Source: Candidatus Obscuribacteraceae bacterium (lineage in GTDB: Bacteria > Cyanobacteriota > Vampirovibrionia > Obscuribacterales > Obscuribacteraceae). From it: a stretch of 64,000 nucleotides of DNA. Location of the stretch: contig JBGASG010000009.1 of NCBI GenBank assembly GCA_044229845.1, positions 96,001-160,000 on the forward strand. The letters run 5' to 3'. Positions 58,879-64,000 of this stretch are shown here, piece after piece; the stretch's first letter is position 1, and every line of letters starts with the position of its first letter. Position numbers and translations under genes: made by a program. The notes beneath the pieces are model-generated. The model made no database searches. It was not told the DNA's origin and saw nothing but the letters and a program-made list of their open reading frames with translations.

Positions 58879-59592
58879 CTAATTAGAGAACCATGTATCG
58901 CCGAGTGGATCTGCCTGGAAATAAATGTTGTTTACCTGAGCCAGGTGATATCTGTTCTTGCCGTCCGGGGACCAGGCTCGCGACAGCCCAACCGACAGGA
59001 TGCAACGCTCTCCGTCGTTGAGCCGGTCGGCGATTGCCTCAGCCAGGTCGTAGCGAATTTTGCCGTCATCGTAGTGCAAGCGCACATCATTAACACGCAG
59101 GCAGGCGCGCGCACCGCTTTCATTCAGCCAGATTTTCACACCGCCTTCGACGGTGAGAATGGCATCGTTGCTCTTGACCCGCAACAGTCCCAGTGAAGCC
59201 AGGCCTTGATTCTCATCGATCACCCGCAGGTTGAAATTAAAGCCGGTGGCGCGCAGTTCGTTGCCGAAAATGTCGGACAGGCTGTCTTGAGCATTCTCAT
59301 CGAGCAGGTTCCAGAAATGCTCTTGATCGATACGCCCGGACTGGCTGAGTGCTTCGCTTTCAACAATGTGATCTTCGACATGCGGACGACGCGGCTGCCA
59401 CTTTGTCTGGGCAATGTTTATCACTGCACCGAGGCAGAATGGTCCGCCGCGATCTTTGATCATTTCTCTGTTGAATGAAATATCCGCGGAGGGACGGGGG
59501 CGAATGTGGGTCTGCGCATCAGGCATGAAGATGCCGGCGACCGCAACTTTTCCCGGTGCGGTGCGAAACAAGTGGTTAATGACGATTTCCAT
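58879..59592 (-). CDS. Dual OB-fold-like protein upstream of DUF488
   Basis: PHVEDH, VNDVR, VGLSRAW, QVNNIY; GAGG RBS; co-oriented with DUF488. Confidence 0.7.
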   Translation of the reverse strand: MEIVINHLFRTAPGKVAVAGIFMPDAQTHIRPRPSADISFNREMIKDRGGPFCLGAVINIAQTKWQPRRPHVEDHIVESEALSQSGRIDQEHFWNLLDENAQDSLSDIFGNELRATGFNFNLRVIDENQGLASLGLLRVKSNDAILTVEGGVKIWLNESGARACLRVNDVRLHYDDGKIRYDLAEAIADRLNDGERCILSVGLSRAWSPDGKNRYHLAQVNNIYFQADPLGDTWFSN

Positions 59593-59651
59593 GGGGCGAC
59601 CTCAATGCGGGGGAACGACATGAGGCTAGCCCCACCCGTGGTGCCAGACTA

Positions 59652-59708
59652 TCGGTAAAGTACGTGTTCCGGTGGAGAGTACGCGTCTCAGCGGAAAGTA
59701 CGCGTCTC
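59652..59708. repeat. 3 x 19-bp imperfect intergenic tandem repeat
   Basis: TCGGTAAAGTACGTGTTCC / GGTGGAGAGTACGCGTCTC / AGCGGAAAGTACGCGTCTC. Confidence 0.8.
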
Positions 59709-59719
59709 TGGTTAATTAA

Positions 59720-60811
59720 CTAGTCGATGCCGGGGACGTGAGTTTCCGACTCTCCGGCTCCGGGCGGCAGCTTGCGCATTGGGTTGCAGCGACCGCTGCG
59801 TACGTCGGCGGTTTCAAAAATGAAATCACCGTTCGGCATCGAGGTCTTATAGGTTCTGCCGGCCACTACATCCGGCAACATCTGACCCAGTAGGGAAGTC
59901 TTTGGCGGTTTCTTCGAATAGGCAACGCTGCGCAGTTCGCTCAGTGGTGTATGGGCTGTCCATGCTTGATTCTTATAAGAAGAAACGATCAACGTGTGGT
60001 TGACCTCGACGTTTTCGTTCAATTTCGGTCTGTGTCCGGTATGCGCATCGAGAGCCGGGAAGAAAAGTGTATGCGGATTGAGAGGTTCATACCACCAGAC
60101 CATTGGATCGCTTTCGGTGATCGAGTCTTTAAAACAGCAAAGTGCGAACGTCCAACCCGGATACCATTTAGCGTACGCGTCGAAAATTTCTTTGTTGATC
60201 GCCGGACGTTTGTCCAGCGGCACTCGGTTCAGCGCCTTGGGAATGTCGGTGGCATTGGGCGAGAGCACGACGGTGTACATGCCTTTGCTGAAAACCTGGA
60301 TATCGAGACCACGCGTTATCTCGCTGCTCTTCTGCTTACGAGCCGGAGGGGCGACCGCCGTTTTCATATTATTGAGGATGTCTTTGTACTCGGAAGTATC
60401 CAGAAAGTTTTCCGGCGTCATCCTGGCTCTCGCCGGAATCGGCAGCAACATGGCATTGCCGGTCGGCTTCGTCGGCGCAGCTGCTTTTGCCGGTGGGGAC
60501 TGCCCGGTGGCTGCCGCTCGGTTGGCTGCTGCCTTGGCGTCGACATCGGCGAGCGCAACATGCTTGCCCAGTGTCACCAGCGAAGGAGCAACGATCATTT
60601 TGTTGAAAGCTTGATTCTGGTAGCCGAGGACGTGAACAATTTTGCCTTTGTATACGGTCTCGCCGGCCCAGCCGACCGTGTTATTGAAATCTGCGGGAGC
60701 CAGCGAGCAGCAGGCAGATCCGGGGACGGCCGCATAACCGATAAACACCATACTGATTGCAATCAGCGCGCAGAAAATCTGCCTACTGCGGTTGTTGTTG
60801 TTGAGCAGCAT
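59720..60811 (-). CDS. Secreted conserved hypothetical protein (start uncertain)
   Basis: Signal-like N-terminus; HVLGYQN, NAMLLP, CCF, PALDAHTG, VNH motifs. Confidence 0.65.
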   Translation of the reverse strand: MLLNNNNRSRQIFCALIAISMVFIGYAAVPGSACCSLAPADFNNTVGWAGETVYKGKIVHVLGYQNQAFNKMIVAPSLVTLGKHVALADVDAKAAANRAAATGQSPPAKAAAPTKPTGNAMLLPIPARARMTPENFLDTSEYKDILNNMKTAVAPPARKQKSSEITRGLDIQVFSKGMYTVVLSPNATDIPKALNRVPLDKRPAINKEIFDAYAKWYPGWTFALCCFKDSITESDPMVWWYEPLNPHTLFFPALDAHTGHRPKLNENVEVNHTLIVSSYKNQAWTAHTPLSELRSVAYSKKPPKTSLLGQMLPDVVAGRTYKTSMPNGDFIFETADVRSGRCNPMRKLPPGAGESETHVPGID

Positions 60812-63671
60812 TTTGTTCTGTGTCGTCGAGTACGGCGAGGAATATGTCCACCAGAAGCGGGTCAAACTGCGTGCCGGCACCGTTGCGAAGCACGCGTTTT
60901 GCCTTGTCGGCCGGCATGGCGGGTCGATAAGGACGATCGCTGATCATGGCGTGATAGGCGTCGACAATGGCGATGATGCGGGCTGCTAGAGGAATTTCCT
61001 CTCCTTTCAGGCCGCGTGGATATCCGGTGCCGTCCCAGCATTCATGGTGATTTTCCAGAATGTCGCAAATGTCTTTAAGCGCGTGAATCGGTCGGAAAAG
61101 CTGCGCACCAAGAGTCGGGTGTTGCATTAAAATGCGCAGCTCGTCGGAGGTAACCTGACCTTCCTTGTTGATGATCTCTTCGGGAATCGACAGCAGTCCT
61201 ACGTCGTGCAGCAAGCCTGCGACGCGAATTTGTTCGATCTGTTTCATCGACAATCCCAGCACTTTGCCGACCATCTCAGAGAAACGTGCCGTCTCCAAAT
61301 GGTGCACTTTGTTGTACTCGGATTTCGCGTACAAAGCCCCTGCCAGCGCTTTCACCATCTCCACCACTTCCGGCAGCATGACGGTGTCTGTTTCCAGATT
61401 TTGGGTTTCGGCTTGCTGTTCATACGATGCCGCCTGTGCTGCTTGCGCTGCTTGCGCGGCGGCGGTCGCGGTTTGCACGGCTTTTTTGTGCTCGTCGTGT
61501 TCAGGTTGAGTTTCGAACTCGTTGAACATCAAGTCGGTGGCGGTGTGCACCTGGTTTCTTCCCAGACGCTTGGACAGATAGAGAGCTTTGTCCGCCAACT
61601 CCAGCAGCATGTGTTGCGAGGTGGCATCATCCGGATAGGAAGAAACACCCAGTGAAGCGGTGACGCTCAGTTGCACGTTGTCGTGGGCGATGCTTTCGCG
61701 TGAGAGCGTCTTGCGCAGACGTTCCGCCACCACCAACGCACCTTCCTGATTGATCTCAGGCAGGATGAGCATAAACTCTTCGCCGCCGTATCTGACTGCG
61801 ATGTCGACGTCGCGGCAATCGCGCTTGATCACGTGAGCCACGGATTTGAGAACGGTGTCGCCGACCGGGTGGCCGTAAGTGTCGTTAATAGATTTGAAGT
61901 GATCGACGTCGATCATGACGACGGAGAGGTGCTTGGAATAACGCTCGGCGATTCGCAGTTGTTCCGAGAGCTTTTCCTGTCCGGTACGGTGGTTGACCAG
62001 CCCTGTCAGACCATCTGACGTAGCCTGCCGTTCGACGCGCCGATAAAGCCGGGCGTTGGTGACACCGATGGCGATCTGGTCGGCAACCTGTTTGAGAAAC
62101 GTTTCGTTGTCCGGAGTCCATTGTGCTTCCGATTCGCACTTGTGTCCACCGAGAATGCCGAACAGTTTGTTCTCGTAAGTAATCGGCACATAGAATAGCG
62201 AATAGATATGCAAGCCGCTCAGGATGTCGCGCTTGAATGGCTCCACTTTTTTGTCGCGTTTGACGTCGTTGACGCGCAAGATTTCATCGTTGTGGTGGAG
62301 CGATTTGAATTTCTCCAGAATCGCCAGGTCGAGGTCTTTCTCGACTATTTTGTAACCTTCGTCGGTGAAGTACTCGCGGCGCACTGTATCTTGTTTTTCC
62401 AGTTCGTCGCCGGGCAGCGAGACGAAACAGCAATCGAGCTGCATCCAGCCAGCCAGATCCTCCAGCATCTCAGCGATGTTTGATTCGATGTTGAACGAAC
62501 TTCTGATGGTGCTGCTGATGCGATGCAGCAGTTTGTCCTGATTGCGCCTGATTTCGATTTCCAGCTTGCTCTTTTTCAGCTCGCGGTTCATCTCGTCAAG
62601 TTCGGTGTTTTGTTTGGTGAGATTCGAGCTCGCCATGCGCTCTTCTTCCGTGTAGTGTTCGAGACGCGCGGCGTAGTCTTCCAGCAGTTGCAGCTGCGCC
62701 GATAACTCACGCTCTGTTTTGCGCAATTTGAGCAGCGAGCGCACCTTTGCAATCAGTTCAGCCTCTACACAATCTGCGTCCAGGCAGTCGTCTGCGCCGG
62801 CATTCAACCCGTCGACCTTGCCGGTATGATCGCCTTCCGGAGTGATCAAAACAATCGGTAAAGCCTTCCATTGGCCGGAACCGCGAATGTAAGCGCAAAT
62901 GCCGGTGCCGTTGGGAGCTTTCATGTGCGAATCGGCGATCAGGAGATCGACCGGTTGCTTCGAGAGAATGTCGAAAGCCTTGTTGGCATCGTCGACTTCC
63001 AGGACGTTGTAGCGGGCACTGAGCGCTCGCCCGAGGCGGCGGCGCACCACGCGGTCGGCATGCGCGATCACGACGTGCTCAGGCTGAGCCGTGGCGATGG
63101 CACTGGGTGCACCGGCCGGTGTTGCCTGTCCGGTGCCGGCTTCTACTGAAGCCAGGTAAGGAACGCGCGCCGAAAAATTCTGTCCGATTAGCTTCAAGGT
63201 GGAGACGTCTGTCGAATCGATGGTGCGCGAGTCGTCCAGTGTCAGCACGCGAATCAATCCTTTAATCAACCGGCTGTCGTCGAGTCCGTCGAATATCGGG
63301 ACGATAACGTATGGATATCCGGGCGTTTCTTCCGCCGCATCGCGGTGCAGAGGATAAGCGCGTCCCACCCATGGCTGCAGGGTTTCGCGCACTCCTTTCG
63401 CCAGTTGGCTGTCTGCCACCGTAAGCGGTTGCTCGTTCATGTCGATGAACTCGGCCAGCGCGCCGGCATCGATGATGTCGTCTTGTTCGCCGCCGAAAGT
63501 AATAGCGTTGACGACCTGGTCGCCCCGGATGATGTCGATCATGCCGTAGTCGAAGCCGAGGATGTGGCAGATATGGCGACGCACCGCATCGATTTCCTGA
63601 CGCGGCAGCGTTTGTCCGGCTCCGTCGGCTCCGGATCCGCCTGGCTGGTTCGACATGTTGGAAGTGGTCAC
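60783..63671 (-). CDS. GAF-like/REC/GAF/GGDEF/HD-GYP c-di-GMP turnover protein
   Basis: GADD receiver domain, DGLTGL, DVDHFKSIND, RxxD + GGEEF, HDVG, HHECWDGTGYP. Confidence 0.93.
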   Translation of the reverse strand: MTTSNMSNQPGGSGADGAGQTLPRQEIDAVRRHICHILGFDYGMIDIIRGDQVVNAITFGGEQDDIIDAGALAEFIDMNEQPLTVADSQLAKGVRETLQPWVGRAYPLHRDAAEETPGYPYVIVPIFDGLDDSRLIKGLIRVLTLDDSRTIDSTDVSTLKLIGQNFSARVPYLASVEAGTGQATPAGAPSAIATAQPEHVVIAHADRVVRRRLGRALSARYNVLEVDDANKAFDILSKQPVDLLIADSHMKAPNGTGICAYIRGSGQWKALPIVLITPEGDHTGKVDGLNAGADDCLDADCVEAELIAKVRSLLKLRKTERELSAQLQLLEDYAARLEHYTEEERMASSNLTKQNTELDEMNRELKKSKLEIEIRRNQDKLLHRISSTIRSSFNIESNIAEMLEDLAGWMQLDCCFVSLPGDELEKQDTVRREYFTDEGYKIVEKDLDLAILEKFKSLHHNDEILRVNDVKRDKKVEPFKRDILSGLHIYSLFYVPITYENKLFGILGGHKCESEAQWTPDNETFLKQVADQIAIGVTNARLYRRVERQATSDGLTGLVNHRTGQEKLSEQLRIAERYSKHLSVVMIDVDHFKSINDTYGHPVGDTVLKSVAHVIKRDCRDVDIAVRYGGEEFMLILPEINQEGALVVAERLRKTLSRESIAHDNVQLSVTASLGVSSYPDDATSQHMLLELADKALYLSKRLGRNQVHTATDLMFNEFETQPEHDEHKKAVQTATAAAQAAQAAQAASYEQQAETQNLETDTVMLPEVVEMVKALAGALYAKSEYNKVHHLETARFSEMVGKVLGLSMKQIEQIRVAGLLHDVGLLSIPEEIINKEGQVTSDELRILMQHPTLGAQLFRPIHALKDICDILENHHECWDGTGYPRGLKGEEIPLAARIIAIVDAYHAMISDRPYRPAMPADKAKRVLRNGAGTQFDPLLVDIFLAVLDDTEQNAAQQQQPQ

Positions 63672-63775
63672 GGCACTAGTTGGTAAGTGATTGCCAAGTG
63701 AGAAAACGAGGGCGCAATTCCTCAGTTTGAGTCTAACAGAAGATAAGCCGCCTGACAGGTTTTACCCGGTTCAGC

Positions 63776-64000
63776 CTATCCCAAAAACTTCCGCCACCAC
63801 CACTGAAACATGAAGAGCGTCCACAGCTCTTTGCGACGGTCGAAACGCCCGTCGTTGTGCTCATTCAGCAGCCTGTCAATGTACGTCCACTGAAAAATGC
63901 CTTGTTTGCGGACGAAATCTTCACAAAGCAATTCGTCGACGACCGGCTTGAAGTCTTGTTTCAGCCACTTTGCCACAGGAATACCGAACCCTTTTTTCGG
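63776..64000 (-). CDS. asnB: Asparagine synthase (glutamine-hydrolysing), C-terminal part
   Basis: PKKGFGIPVAKWL..LWTLFMFQWW; runs off the window edge. Confidence 0.82.
   Translation of the reverse strand, partial: PKKGFGIPVAKWLKQDFKPVVDELLCEDFVRKQGIFQWTYIDRLLNEHNDGRFDRRKELWTLFMFQWWWRKFLG

Noticed and set aside
59652..59708. Mini-CRISPR or cyanobacterial LexA box
   Set aside because: No spacers; half-site spacing does not fit GTAC-N4-GTWC.

Overview
Bacterial chromosomal window, densely coding, with no rRNA, tRNA or CRISPR array seen. The many secreted TPR proteins, membrane Ser/Thr kinases and lineage-specific lipoproteins suggest Candidatus Melainabacteria/Obscuribacterales (an impression, not tested). 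Best candidate for an undescribed system (37.3-49.8 kb): an operon of PqqD/RRE protein, ATP-grasp ligase, fold-type-III PLP decarboxylase, urea-transporter-like/M23 peptidase fusion, and a BaeS/BaeR-like two-component pair. Its promoter (TCTCCACAWTT ... CCTAGGATG, 34-nt offset) recurs with identical spacing upstream of a divergent TPR + YHYH gene pair. A four-repeat version of the same box faces a class D beta-lactamase, which points to one envelope-stress regulon. Other features: two IS200/IS605 elements whose guide and target tetranucleotides co-vary (one splits an ankyrin gene, the other has a frameshifted tnpB); two paralogous dual-OB-like genes around DUF488 that share an upstream motif; a truncated CocE/NonD hydrolase; an unannotated 29-aa membrane ORF; and a protein with a HipA/PI3K-like kinase tail.
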